Notes: generated by a model not told the origin, from the sequence alone. A stretch of 64,000 nt of DNA from Candidatus Binatia bacterium (GCA_022823055.1 JAJDXX010000240.1:8794-72793); one strand, 5' to 3'; shown: positions 10,305-20,280, counted from the stretch's first letter. Made by a program: numbers and translations.

Positions 10305-10471
10305 CGTCATTGATATGAAATAAACAATTGTTCACTGATTTCGGGTAATTATGGGATCCCGCTACACCCCAATGAGTCATTCCCGCGGAAGCGGGAATCC
10401 AGGCGGGGTGGGGCCGAGCAATGAGGCCGCCACACCCCCCGCCCCTGGATTCCCGCTTCCGCGGGAATGAC
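10305..10471. repeat. Palindromic nested-hairpin repeat (core 10376-10471) with AT-rich 5' extension; 167-bp direct copy 1
   Basis: Core GTCATTCCCGCGGAAGCGGGAATCCAGG...CCTGGATTCCCGCTTCCGCGGGAATGAC. The extension CGTCATTGATATGAAATAAACAATTGTTCA...ATCCCGCTACACCCCA is repeated at 11541-11612. Confidence 0.9.
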
Positions 10472-10517
10472 GAATGCCAAATTAGGGCCAGGTCGCGCTT
10501 CAGCACGCGCGTGCCTG

Positions 10518-11429
10518 TCACTCCCGGTTCAACTCGGCGATGTAGTCGCGCAGACCTGCTTCAAGCCGGTACTCCGGCGCGTACCCCAGTTCGTCGCGCG
10601 CCCGGGTGATGTCCATTTGCGGCCGCTTGGGTGTCAGCGTGCCCCGGCGCAGACGGATGTCGGGGAAGATCGCGTGCAGCGCCGCCTCCACGTCCTCCAC
10701 GGTGGTGAGCGTGCCGCTGCCGAGGTTGTAGACGTCATGGGCCAGCGGTGCGGTGTGCACCGCCCGCGCGATGCCGTCGGCCAAGTCCTTGACGTAGACG
10801 AAGTCCACGGTTTCATAGGCGTTGAGCACCGCCTCCTCTCCGGCCATGGCCGCCCAGACGGCCTCCTGCACCGCCACGCCCGGGCCGCCCGCCACCGACC
10901 GGTAGCCGTACACCCCCGCGAAGCGCAGCAGCACCAGTTCGAACGCCTGCTTGGCGGCAAAGGTCCTGAGTACGTGTTCGCAGGCCACCTTGGAGGCGTT
11001 GTAGACCCGGCCGCGGCCGTCCTGGGGCGAGTCCTCCCGCAGCAGCTCGCCGGGGTCGGCGTCCTGGTACACTGCTTGGGTGCTGGCGTGCACCAGCCGG
11101 CGCACGCCGGCAAGCCGTACCGCCTCGGCGACGTTCAGGGTGGCCACTAGGTTGACCTGGAACCCGGCGTAGAGGTTGGGGATGTTGGACTCGCCGACGG
11201 ACGCCGCCAGATGGATGACGCACTCGGGCTTCACCGTGAGAAAGGCGTCCATCAATGCCGCCAGGTCGCAGATATCGCCCCGGATCAACGGGAGGTCCTT
11301 GCCGGTGACGTGCCGGATGTAGTCCGGCTTCAGCACCACGTCGAAGAACGTGACGTCGTCGCCGCGTCCGCTAAGTTCGGCCGCTACATGGGAGCCGATC
11401 AGCCCGGCTCCTGTAATCAATACGCGCAT
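10518..11429 (-). CDS. NAD-dependent epimerase/dehydratase (extended SDR)
   Basis: [15 protein letters not shown] Rossmann motif; YxxxK (YNASKVACE). 303 aa. Confidence 0.85.
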   Translation of the reverse strand: MRVLITGAGLIGSHVAAELSGRGDDVTFFDVVLKPDYIRHVTGKDLPLIRGDICDLAALMDAFLTVKPECVIHLAASVGESNIPNLYAGFQVNLVATLNVAEAVRLAGVRRLVHASTQAVYQDADPGELLREDSPQDGRGRVYNASKVACEHVLRTFAAKQAFELVLLRFAGVYGYRSVAGGPGVAVQEAVWAAMAGEEAVLNAYETVDFVYVKDLADGIARAVHTAPLAHDVYNLGSGTLTTVEDVEAALHAIFPDIRLRRGTLTPKRPQMDITRARDELGYAPEYRLEAGLRDYIAELNRE

Positions 11430-11540
11430 GGTTTCTCCTTTTCGTTTCGTCCTTTTCTTGCGAGTATCGGGTTCCGATGCCCTTCCTCACCGCCGGATTC
11501 CAGCTTGCCTCGCAGTAACCGTCATTCCCGCTCTTTCCTC

Positions 11541-11707
11541 CGTCATTGATATGAAAATAAACAATTGTTCAATGATTTCGGTTAATTATGGAATCCCGCT
11601 ACACCCCAAAGAGTCATTCCCGCGGAAGCGGGAATCCAGGGGGGTGGGGCCGAGCAATGAGGCCGCCACACCCCCCACCCCTAGATTCCCGCTTGCGCGG
11701 GAATGAC
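11541..11707. repeat. Palindromic nested-hairpin repeat (core 11613-11707) with AT-rich extension; 167-bp direct copy 2
   Basis: Near-identical to 10305-10471 over its whole length, same orientation. Confidence 0.9.
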
Positions 11708-11766
11708 TCTTTGGGGGGAGGCGCCCCGTTTTCATCCCCCTTTGTGTCGGCTGCAAGCCGACATGG

Positions 11767-11884
11767 GTGATTCCCGCGAAAGCTTGCCCTCGACCCGATC
11801 GGGGCGGGAATCCAGGCGGGGTGGGCCGGGGCGATGGAGCCGCCCACACCGCCGCCCCTGGATTCCCGCTTCCGCGGGAATGAC
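11767..11884. repeat. Palindromic repeat copy with about 19-bp insertion in the left arm
   Basis: GTGATTCCCGCGAAAGC[TTGCCCTCGACCCGATCGG]GGCGGGAATCCAGG...CCTGGATTCCCGCTTCCGCGGGAATGAC. Confidence 0.85.
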
Positions 11885-12020
11885 GATTCAAGGGGTCTCT
11901 ACCTCGGGAGTTTTGACACGGCCTGTTTCCCGGAAATAACAATTCGAAGGGTCCTTGCCTCACGAGTCTTGACACAGCCGCCTGCTTCCTATCAACCACA
12001 AACCCTGCTACCCGTGACAG

Positions 12021-13313
12021 GTGGTTACAGGCGGTTCAGCGCGTCGCATCGGTGTATCGAGCCGGATCTACTACGGCTGGTACATCGTCGCCGTCGGATT
12101 CATCGCCAACGTCGGCTCTTCGTTCGCTCTTGCCAGCACCCTGAGCATATTTCTCAAGCCCATGACCTTGGACCTGGGGGTGTCCCGTGGAGTCTTCTCC
12201 ATGCTGCGGTCGGGCGAGGGCCTGATCGCGGCCTCCATGGCTCCCGTGGTTGGCTCCCTCGTGGACAGGCACGGCAGCCGGTGGCTGCTGACCGTGGGCG
12301 CGATGGTGGCGGCTGTCGGCTACCTCTTGCTGAGCCAGGTCGAGGTCTTCTGGCAGTTCGTGGCGGTGCGCTGGACCCTGGTGACCATCGGCGACGGGCT
12401 GATCGGCTACATGGTCGTCAACGTGATGATCGCCCGGTGGTTCGTGGTCAAGCGCGGCCGGGCCATGGCCTTTGCCAGCATGGGCATCGGCTTCGCCAAG
12501 GTCGTCATGCCGTTCCTGGTGGCGCCGCTGCTGGTGTGGCTGGGCTGGCGCCACACCTGGGCGGTCTTCGCCTTGTTCACCGTGGCCCTGGTGGTGGCCC
12601 CGGCCTTGATCTACGTCCGGCGCTCCCCCGAGGACATGGGGCTCCATCCCGACGGGCTGGAGCCCGGGGCGATGCCGGAGGGGAAGACACGGCGCCCGGG
12701 GGCACACACGGCGAGCGAGACCCGTACCTGGAGCCGGGCTGCCGGTATGCGGACCCAGGCTTTCTGGCTGATCGTGGCCGTCTTCGGCGTATCCTCCGTG
12801 GGCGTCACCGGCCTCAATCTGCACGTCTTCCCCTACATCACCGACCTTGGTTATTCGGACCCGGTTGCCGCCGGCGTCATGGCCGTCATCGCTTCCATGC
12901 AGCTCAGCTCGCCGTTGGCCTGGGGCCTCATCGCCGATCGCATGGACGTGCGCTGGACGACCCTGGCCAAGTTCCTGATCCAGGCGTTGGGCCTTATACT
13001 GGCCATCACTTCCGATTCGCTGCCTCTGGTGTACGCCGGCTTTTTCTTTTACGGTATCGGGCTCGGTGGTAACATGGTGCTGCCCGACCTCATGTGGGCG
13101 CGGTTCTTCGGCCGCATGTCCATGGGCAGGATCCGTGGCCTGGGGCTTTTTCTGATTCACGGGTTCGCGGCGATCGGACCGCCGTTCTTCGGTTTTCTCC
13201 ACGACTGGCAGGGCAGCTACACGGTTTCCTTTGCCATCTTCGCCGTGACGCTGGTGATTTCCGGGTTCCTGAGCCTGTTCATCATCGCGCCGGTTCGGAC
13301 CGATACCGCGTAA
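12021..13313 (+). CDS. MFS transporter
   Basis: 430 aa, about 12 predicted TM segments. N-terminal RIYYGWYIVAVGF typical of the OFA-like MFS subgroup. GTG start uncertain. Confidence 0.8.
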   Translation: MVTGGSARRIGVSSRIYYGWYIVAVGFIANVGSSFALASTLSIFLKPMTLDLGVSRGVFSMLRSGEGLIAASMAPVVGSLVDRHGSRWLLTVGAMVAAVGYLLLSQVEVFWQFVAVRWTLVTIGDGLIGYMVVNVMIARWFVVKRGRAMAFASMGIGFAKVVMPFLVAPLLVWLGWRHTWAVFALFTVALVVAPALIYVRRSPEDMGLHPDGLEPGAMPEGKTRRPGAHTASETRTWSRAAGMRTQAFWLIVAVFGVSSVGVTGLNLHVFPYITDLGYSDPVAAGVMAVIASMQLSSPLAWGLIADRMDVRWTTLAKFLIQALGLILAITSDSLPLVYAGFFFYGIGLGGNMVLPDLMWARFFGRMSMGRIRGLGLFLIHGFAAIGPPFFGFLHDWQGSYTVSFAIFAVTLVISGFLSLFIIAPVRTDTA

Positions 13314-13335
13314 CGGTCCGCGAGGAGCATCTCTC

Positions 13336-14334
13336 ATGGTCATCGACGTTCACACCCACGTCGTTCCCGAGAACTTCCCACCGGTGGGCGACCGCGCCGC
13401 CGGCAACCGCTGGCCGTCCATGGACCACACCGGGGCGGAGACCGCCAACGTGATGATCGCCGGGCGGAACTTCCGCACCGTGCTGGACCGCTGCTGGGCG
13501 GTGCCGCGCCGTCTGCGGGAAATGGCCGCGGCCGATTACGCCGTGGACCGCCAGGTGCTGTCGCCCATGCCGGAGCTTCTGGCCTACCGCCTGGACCCGG
13601 AGGACGGGCGCGACTTGGCGCGCTACCTGAACGAGGTGCTGATGCGCATGGTGGACGAGGCGCCGGATCGCTTCTACGCGCTGGGCTCGGTCCCGCTCCA
13701 GGACGTGGACTTGGCGGCGGCGGAGTTGGACCGGGTCAAGTCTCTGGGCCTTCACGGCGTCGAGCTGCTCAGCAACGTCAACGGCAAGAGCCTGGGCGAG
13801 CCTGAGTTTCTGCCGTTCTTCAAGGCCGCCGAGGAACTGGACGTGCCCATCTTCGTGCACGCCCAGCACGTCACCTTCATGGACCGCGTGGTGGGGCCGC
13901 CGTTCATCGAGAACATCGTCGCCTTCCCGTTGGAGGGCGCCCTGGGCATTGCCAGCATGGTCACCGGCGGGCTCATGGAAGCCTGCCCGAACCTGCGGCT
14001 GTGCTTCAGCCACGGCGGCGGCACCTTCACCCAGCTCCTGCCGCGGCTGGAGAACGCCTGGGACAAGAACCCCAACTTCCGCGCGCTCATGCCCCGGAAG
14101 CCCTCCGAGTACGCGCGCATGTTTTTCTACGACGACGTGATGTTCGACAACCGCACCATACGCTATCTCATCGACACCGTGGGCGCGCGGCAGGTGGTCA
14201 TCGGCTCCGATTACCCGTTCCAGTTCCGGGACCAAACGCCGGACGACGAGTTTGGCCAGCTCCAGCTCACGACCGAGGAACGCGAGTGGATCTCGTCGGG
14301 CAACTGCCTCCGGTTCCTGGGGCTGGAGGGCTGA
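13336..14334 (+). CDS. Amidohydrolase-2 family protein (ACMSD-like decarboxylase/hydratase)
   Basis: GAGGAG RBS. N-terminal MVIDVHTHVVPENFP metal-binding HxH. About 330 aa TIM-barrel family pattern. Confidence 0.8.
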   Translation: MVIDVHTHVVPENFPPVGDRAAGNRWPSMDHTGAETANVMIAGRNFRTVLDRCWAVPRRLREMAAADYAVDRQVLSPMPELLAYRLDPEDGRDLARYLNEVLMRMVDEAPDRFYALGSVPLQDVDLAAAELDRVKSLGLHGVELLSNVNGKSLGEPEFLPFFKAAEELDVPIFVHAQHVTFMDRVVGPPFIENIVAFPLEGALGIASMVTGGLMEACPNLRLCFSHGGGTFTQLLPRLENAWDKNPNFRALMPRKPSEYARMFFYDDVMFDNRTIRYLIDTVGARQVVIGSDYPFQFRDQTPDDEFGQLQLTTEEREWISSGNCLRFLGLEG

Positions 14335-14389
14335 GGGAACTCTTGTCTGGTCTCGTCCGCGGGTAACAGGTTTCCCCAAGGAGGTCGAA

Positions 14390-15910
14390 ATGGACTATCT
14401 CGTTCGAGGCAAGTTCGTGGTGACCATGACGCGGGACGGGGCCGCCGGCGTCATCCGCAACGGCGCCGTGGCCGTGTCGGGCCGGGACATCGTCGAGGTG
14501 GGACGCTACCAGGACCTCAAGACATCCTACGCCAACGCCGCGGTGGTGGGCTCCTCGCGCCACTGGGTGATCCCGGGGTTCGTCAACGCGCACCAGCACG
14601 GCAAGGGGCTCACGGACTTCCAGTTGGGCGGCAAGGACGATTGCTTCGAGATCTCCCGGTTCGCGGCGGAACCCCGCGCCGGGATCGATCCCTACCTGGA
14701 CGTGCTCTACGCCTGCAAGACCATGATCGAAGCCGGCATCACCACGTGCCTGCACTACAACTCCAGCCGCTCGCCCGAGACCTACGACGCCGACGTGGAC
14801 GAACGGCTGCGCGCCTACCGCGACGCGGGCATGCGCGTGTCCTTCGGCCTCGACATCCGCGACCGCAACCACATCGTGTACGGTGACGACGAATTCCTGG
14901 CGTCGCTGCCGCCGGCGCTGCGGGAGCAGGCCGCGGAGCGCTACGGCCGCTCTCGCACCGCCGCGCCGGACGACTATTTCCGGACCGCGCGGCGCCTTGC
15001 CGGTTCACTGGATGGAGACGGCGGCCGTGCGCGGCTGTTCCTGACCCCCGCCGGCCCCCAGTGGTGCACCGGGGACCTCCTGCGCGCCATCCGCCGGGAG
15101 GCCAGCGAGCGCGGCCTGGGCATCCAGATCCACGTGCTCGAGACCAAGTACCAGCGCTCGTATTTCCTGCGGGAATACGGCAGGAGCGCGGTGCAGTGGC
15201 TCGCCGGACTGGATTTTCTGGCGCCGGACGTGAGTCTGGCTCACGGCGTGTGGCTCAACCGCGAGGATACGCGCACCACCGCCGCCAAGGGCGCCGCCGT
15301 GGTGCACAACCCCAGCTCCAACCTGCGCCTGCGCAGCGGCATCGCCCCGCTGACGGAGTTTCACGCCGCGGGCGTACGCCTGGGCATGGGGCTCGACAGC
15401 AGCCCGCTGAACGACCGGCCGGACATGTTCCAGGAGATGCGCCTCGCGGCCAACCTGCAGCGCATTCCCGGGGCCGGCCCGGGGCTCGTGCCGCTGGAGG
15501 CCATCTTCCGCGCGGCAACCGCGGGCGGAACGGATGTCCTCGGTTGGGGCGCGCACTACGGCACCCTGGAGCCGGGCAAGCGCGCGGATCTGGTGCTGGT
15601 GGACTCGCGGTCCATCGTGGAACCGTATCTCGCAAGACATCAAACGCCGGTGGACGCCATGGTCTACAGGGGCGCGGCAGGGGCCGTGGACACCGTCATG
15701 GTGGACGGCGAGGTCCTCTACCGCGGCGGCAAGCACGTACGACTCGACGAAAAAGCATTGCTCAAGGAGGTCAAGCAGAAGATCGCGCCCGCGCCGCGCC
15801 GGAAGGCGGGCGGGCTGGAGGCGCGCCTCGCGCCGCGTGTGCGGGACTTTCTCGAGTCGCACGAAGAGTACCCCGTCGACCCGTTCTACAAGTTCAACGA
15901 CGCCGGCTGA
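14390..15910 (+). CDS. Amidohydrolase (chlorohydrolase / aminohydrolase, cytosine-guanine deaminase-like)
   Basis: AAGGAGG RBS 6 nt before ATG 14390. PGFVNAHQHG metal motif; HVLE; AHGVWL; VHNPSSNLRL; typical SsnA/AtzA-like layout. Confidence 0.8.
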   Translation: MDYLVRGKFVVTMTRDGAAGVIRNGAVAVSGRDIVEVGRYQDLKTSYANAAVVGSSRHWVIPGFVNAHQHGKGLTDFQLGGKDDCFEISRFAAEPRAGIDPYLDVLYACKTMIEAGITTCLHYNSSRSPETYDADVDERLRAYRDAGMRVSFGLDIRDRNHIVYGDDEFLASLPPALREQAAERYGRSRTAAPDDYFRTARRLAGSLDGDGGRARLFLTPAGPQWCTGDLLRAIRREASERGLGIQIHVLETKYQRSYFLREYGRSAVQWLAGLDFLAPDVSLAHGVWLNREDTRTTAAKGAAVVHNPSSNLRLRSGIAPLTEFHAAGVRLGMGLDSSPLNDRPDMFQEMRLAANLQRIPGAGPGLVPLEAIFRAATAGGTDVLGWGAHYGTLEPGKRADLVLVDSRSIVEPYLARHQTPVDAMVYRGAAGAVDTVMVDGEVLYRGGKHVRLDEKALLKEVKQKIAPAPRRKAGGLEARLAPRVRDFLESHEEYPVDPFYKFNDAG

Positions 15911-15988
15911 GCTTGATGGCCTGTAGCGTCCAAGTTCATACTATGCTGCGAATTGACCGGGACACCTCACAAGCAAAAGGAGCAGCGC

Positions 15989-16714
15989 ATGTTCGGCTAC
16001 CGCGCCCGAATCGGCTACATCTCTCCCTCCGTCATCGAGCTGAATGCCTATGACTTCTACCGCATCGTGCCGGACGGGGTGGGCTTCATCGGAGTGGCGT
16101 GCATGGTGGGCGGCTGGAAGGAGGAAGCCTACAAGGAAGCGCTCAAGCAAGTGGAGGCCTGCGCGCACGAGCTCAAGCGCCGCTCCTGCGACTTCATCAT
16201 CCACGGCGGCTCGCCTCTGGTGCTGAGCCAGGGCAAGGGGTTCGAGACCAAGCTCATCGATCAGCTCGAGACCATCACCGGGGTGCCCTGCACCACCAGC
16301 ATCGTCGCTGCCCTCGACGCGTTCAGGGACCTCGGGGTGTCGCGCCTGGCTGTCGTCGATCCCTATCCGCCGGACCTCAACGAAAAGGTGATGGGCTATC
16401 TCAAGGCGTGGGGGTTCGAGGCGTCGTCGCTGGTTTCCCTGGGGACGGACTTCACGACATCGAGCATCGTGTCGGTTGCGGATATTTACCAGGCGGCCAA
16501 ACGAGCGGTGCGGGAGGCCACCGACCCGGACGGCATCTACATCCCCTGCGCCAATTTTCCGGTCGTGGACGTCATCGAAGACATGGAGACGGACCTTGGG
16601 CTTCCCGTCATCGCCAACATGACCTCGCAACTCTACGTGGCCTTCAAGAAAATCAACATGCGCGAGCGGATCGACGGTTACGGGCGCCTCATGCGCCTGC
16701 TGGCCGGTGAATAG
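15989..16714 (+). CDS. Asp/Glu racemase superfamily protein (maleate isomerase / arylmalonate decarboxylase-like)
   Basis: AAAGGAG RBS. MFGYRARIGYISPS... N-terminus and two-lobe about 240-aa layout with catalytic-Cys-containing IPCANFP block. Confidence 0.65.
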   Translation: MFGYRARIGYISPSVIELNAYDFYRIVPDGVGFIGVACMVGGWKEEAYKEALKQVEACAHELKRRSCDFIIHGGSPLVLSQGKGFETKLIDQLETITGVPCTTSIVAALDAFRDLGVSRLAVVDPYPPDLNEKVMGYLKAWGFEASSLVSLGTDFTTSSIVSVADIYQAAKRAVREATDPDGIYIPCANFPVVDVIEDMETDLGLPVIANMTSQLYVAFKKINMRERIDGYGRLMRLLAGE

Positions 16715-16757
16715 CGGCCGGGTATTGGGCAATGGGCGCGAACCCACGCCACAGAAC

Positions 16758-16772
16758 GTCATTCCCGCTTCC
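16758..16772. repeat. Half-site of the palindromic repeat
   Basis: GTCATTCCCGCTTCC. Confidence 0.6.
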
Positions 16773-16826
16773 CAGGCCGTGTCGAAACTCCGTTCGCCTA
16801 CAAAGCGGCACCGCCACCCCCAAATC

Positions 16827-16924
16827 GTCATTCCCGCGGAAGCGGGAATCCAGGCGGGGTGAGGCGGGGAATGCGCCCGTTTGCCCCCTTCCCACCCCTG
16901 GATTCCCGCTTCCGCGGGAATGAC
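16827..16924. repeat. Palindromic nested-hairpin repeat, full copy
   Basis: GTCATTCCCGCGGAAGCGGGAATCCAGGCGGGGTGAGG...CCCACCCCTGGATTCCCGCTTCCGCGGGAATGAC. Confidence 0.9.
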
Positions 16925-16976
16925 GATTCGGGGGGTTGGTGCCATTCGTGTCCGGGCAGAGTTTTGACACACTCTG

Positions 16977-17049
16977 TTCCGCGGGAATGACGTATTTGTA
17001 ACGTCTTCGCTTGACGAGTTGTGACACGACATCTTCCGCGGGGAATGAC
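16977..17049. repeat. Two right-arm half-sites of the palindromic repeat
   Basis: TTCCGCGGGAATGAC (16977-16991) and TTCCGCGGGGAATGAC (17034-17049). Confidence 0.6.
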
Positions 17050-17126
17050 GGTCGTGGCGACCGCCGGGTCCGGCTTGACGCTGGCTATTCCCAAGGGCTA
17101 TCTCATGACGACGGAGGGTCGCGACC

Positions 17127-18017
17127 ATGATCAAGGGTATCGTCATTCCCGTCATCACGCCGTTCGAGCACGACGCCTCGGTGGACGAGCCGATGTTGCG
17201 GAAGCTCGTGGACTTCTATGTCGACGCCGAGGTCCAGGGGCTGTTCATGCTGGGATCGTCGGGACAGGGGCCGGCCATGTCCATGGCCGAGCGCAAGCGC
17301 ACCGCCGAGATCGCCGTGGACCAGAACGCCGGGCGGGCGCCGCTCATCGTGCACGTGGGCACCGCGGACGCGGAGAGCACCGTAGAACTGGCGCGGCATG
17401 CCGCGGAGGCCGGTGTCGACGGCATCGGCGTGATCCCGCCGTACTACTACGCCGACCACTCGGAGTACGAGATCATGGCCCATTTCCGGGCGGTGGCGGA
17501 TGCGGTATCGTTGCCCATCTTCATCTACGAGAACCCCAAGTACTCGGGCATCTCCGTCGCGCCGCCCTTCGCCCAGCGCATGAAGGAGGAGATCCCCACC
17601 ATCCGCGGCATCAAGGTGGCCTACGGCGCCGGCGCCATGCTGGACTATGTGCGGCTGTTCCCGCCGGACGTGTCGGTGTTCACCGGCAACGCGGACATCT
17701 TCGGGCTGGTGCCCTTCGGCGTGGCGGGCATGATCAATCCGCCCACGAGCTGCATCCCCGAGCTGTGCGTCGAGCTGTGGCGCGCGCTGGAGCGGGAGGA
17801 CTACCCCCAGGCGGTGCAACTGCAGCGGCGGGTCAACGACGTTACCGCGGTCATCATCGGACTGATCAAGCGTCACGGCCGAGCCGTGGTGGCCGAGATG
17901 TATCGCATGCGCGGCTTCGCTATCAAAAGGTTCCCGAAGTGGGAGACGAAGCCGCTGCCGCCGGAGGCGAAGGACTCGGTGCATCGCGAATTGAGCCGCG
18001 GCGGCTTCCTGGACTGA
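17127..18017 (+). CDS. Dihydrodipicolinate synthase / N-acetylneuraminate lyase family (class I aldolase)
   Basis: GGAGGG RBS. MIKGIVIPVITPF...GLFMLGSSGQG... and IKVAYG (Schiff-base Lys region) typical of the DapA family. Confidence 0.8.
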   Translation: MIKGIVIPVITPFEHDASVDEPMLRKLVDFYVDAEVQGLFMLGSSGQGPAMSMAERKRTAEIAVDQNAGRAPLIVHVGTADAESTVELARHAAEAGVDGIGVIPPYYYADHSEYEIMAHFRAVADAVSLPIFIYENPKYSGISVAPPFAQRMKEEIPTIRGIKVAYGAGAMLDYVRLFPPDVSVFTGNADIFGLVPFGVAGMINPPTSCIPELCVELWRALEREDYPQAVQLQRRVNDVTAVIIGLIKRHGRAVVAEMYRMRGFAIKRFPKWETKPLPPEAKDSVHRELSRGGFLD

Positions 18018-18051
18018 GGTCAAGCGGCAGGCGCGGAACCGGGGTTATCGG

Positions 18052-19290
18052 GTGGACACGTTCAGAAGCACCAACAAGGACATTCCGCGGGTGGGACGCG
18101 GCACGCCGGGCGGCGAGTGGCTGCGGCGCTACTGGCTCGCGGTGGGCACGGAGCAGGAGTTGCACGACGTCCCCCAGGCGGTGCGGGTGCTGGGCGAGGA
18201 CCTGGTGCTGTTCCGCGATCTCCAGGGGCGCCTCGGCCTCATCGGGCGGGACTGTTCCCACCGCGGCTCGTCGCTGGAATACGGCGACATCGAGGAGCGC
18301 GGCATCCGCTGCCCTTACCACGGCTGGCTCTACGACGTGGCGGGCAACTGCCTGGAACAGCCGTCCGAGCCGCCGGCGACCAGCTTTTGCGCCAAGGTCA
18401 GGCATCCGGCCTATCCGGTGCGAACGCTGGGCGGCCTGATCTTCGCCTACATGGGGCTCGACTCCGCCGATCCGCCGCCCCTGCCCAACTATTCTCCACT
18501 GGTGGACCACGGCGGGCAGCGGCTGGTGGAGAGCACCCGGTACTTCGACTACAATTGGTTCAACTTCTACGAGAACAGCGCCGATCCCTGCCACGTGTGG
18601 ATCCTTCACAGCCGTAGCGCCTACGGCGAGCAGACCTGGGGCGGCGAGTTCTTCAGCGCCAAGAGCCCGCCTGCCTACGAGCCCGTGGAAACCCCTTACG
18701 GCATGAAGATGGTCATGTCCAAGCCGGGTCCCGTGGAAGGCACCGAGTTCGTCGACGAGATGAGCCTGGGGCTGCCGAGCATCCTCCAGGTGGGGGACAC
18801 CGAGTTCGTGCACGCACGGGTGGAGCCGGAGGTGCTGGAGAAGGTGGGCTCCAACTACGAGCACTTCATGTTCCTCACGCCCAACGACGACGACCACTTC
18901 ATGCTGTTCACCGTGGACTACTACACCGGCCCCGATCCGGACATCTTCGAGCGGCTGGGGCGGATGCGGAAGCGCGAGACTCCCAAGGGAGAGGTCAAGC
19001 CCTACGACACGCGGCCGCTCATGCCTTTCCGCGGCAACATCCGGCAGGAGGACATCGTCACCCAAGGCACCCAACGCCTGCTGGGCGAGCGCGAGGAGCG
19101 CCTGGGCACCTCCGACCGCGGCATCATCATGCTGCGCCGGATGATCCGGGACTGCATCGACGCCGTGGCCGAGGGCAGGGAGCCCAAAGCGTTGCGCCTG
19201 GAGGAAAACGCGGAAGGGCTGGTGAAGCTGGATTCTTTTGTGGGAGTGAGGCCCGCGGAAACAGCGAGACTGACAAGCCGTTCGTCCTGA
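18052..19290 (+). CDS. Rieske [2Fe-2S] aromatic-ring-hydroxylating oxygenase, alpha subunit-like
   Basis: CSHRGSSLEYG...x...CPYHGWLYD Rieske motif. C-terminal catalytic domain with NxxENxxDxxH-like block (NFYENSADPCHVWILH). Confidence 0.8.
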   Translation: MDTFRSTNKDIPRVGRGTPGGEWLRRYWLAVGTEQELHDVPQAVRVLGEDLVLFRDLQGRLGLIGRDCSHRGSSLEYGDIEERGIRCPYHGWLYDVAGNCLEQPSEPPATSFCAKVRHPAYPVRTLGGLIFAYMGLDSADPPPLPNYSPLVDHGGQRLVESTRYFDYNWFNFYENSADPCHVWILHSRSAYGEQTWGGEFFSAKSPPAYEPVETPYGMKMVMSKPGPVEGTEFVDEMSLGLPSILQVGDTEFVHARVEPEVLEKVGSNYEHFMFLTPNDDDHFMLFTVDYYTGPDPDIFERLGRMRKRETPKGEVKPYDTRPLMPFRGNIRQEDIVTQGTQRLLGEREERLGTSDRGIIMLRRMIRDCIDAVAEGREPKALRLEENAEGLVKLDSFVGVRPAETARLTSRSS

Positions 19291-19389
19291 GCCCCTCGAC
19301 AAGCCTGCGCTGAGCTTGTCGAAGGGCCCAGGACAGGCGTAGCGTCACGAAGTCGAAGGACACATACTTTCTCGGACAAGACACCAGAT

Positions 19390-20280
19390 ATGCTTAAAGT
19401 CGTGGTCACCGGCGGCAGCGGCCGCCTCGGACAGCACGCCATCGGGCACCTTCTCGAGCACGGCTACGAAGCTCTGAGCCTGGACATCGCGCCGCCGCCG
19501 AACAAGCAGTGCGAGTCCTGGCTCTGTGACCTGCGGCGCTCGGGCGATCTCTACGAGGCTTTCAGGGGCGCCGACGCGGTGATCCACCTGGGGGCCTACC
19601 AGGCCCCCAGCCTGGCGCCGGACTGCGAGACCTTCGGCAACAACGTTACCGCCACCTACAATGTGCTCAAGGTCGCCGTGGACCTGGGCGTCCGCCGCGT
19701 CGTGTGCGCTTCGAGCATCGCCGCCTACGGGTTTCTCTATGCGCCCGCAATCTGGGAGCCCGACTACCTGCCGCTGGACGAGGCCTACCCGTGCCGGCCC
19801 CAGGACCCGTACGCCCTCTCCAAGGTGTTCGGCGAGCAACTGGCCGACTCGGTCACGCGGTACAGCGACGTCACGGTGGTCAGCCTGCGGTTCAGCGGCG
19901 TGAACTTCGACCCGGCCTTCGAGACCCTGCCGGCACGCTGGACCGACCCCGGACGCAGGATGGGCACGTTCTGGAGCTACGTGGACGCGCGCGACGCCGC
20001 GGTCGCCTGCCGCCTGGCCGTCGAAACGTCCCTGTCGGGGCACGAGGTCTTCAACATCGCCGCGGCCACCAGCCGCTATCTCGAACCCACCGGGGAGTTG
20101 GTGCGAAGATACCTCCCCGGCACCAGGATCAAGGAAGGTTATTCAGGACACTGGGGCGGTCTCGACGTCACCAAGGCGGCGGAGGTGCTGAGTTTCGAGG
20201 CCGCCCACGTCTGGCGGGACTACTTGAACTCGGACGGCACCCCTAAAACCCCCTCGCCCACCGGGAGAGGGTCGGGGTGA
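19390..20280 (+). CDS. NAD-dependent epimerase/dehydratase (SDR)
   Basis: MLKVVVTGGSGRLG Rossmann motif; YALSKVFGE (YxxxK). Confidence 0.8.
   Translation: MLKVVVTGGSGRLGQHAIGHLLEHGYEALSLDIAPPPNKQCESWLCDLRRSGDLYEAFRGADAVIHLGAYQAPSLAPDCETFGNNVTATYNVLKVAVDLGVRRVVCASSIAAYGFLYAPAIWEPDYLPLDEAYPCRPQDPYALSKVFGEQLADSVTRYSDVTVVSLRFSGVNFDPAFETLPARWTDPGRRMGTFWSYVDARDAAVACRLAVETSLSGHEVFNIAAATSRYLEPTGELVRRYLPGTRIKEGYSGHWGGLDVTKAAEVLSFEAAHVWRDYLNSDGTPKTPSPTGRGSG

Noticed and set aside
10267-10609. Recurrent small ORFs encoding SFPRKRESRGGG / FRGNDE-type peptides (also at 11588-11999, 16689-17094, 26814-27014, 60645-60994, 62022-62497).
   Set aside because: They are translations of the palindromic repeat in both orientations. 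They are conserved only because the DNA repeat is.
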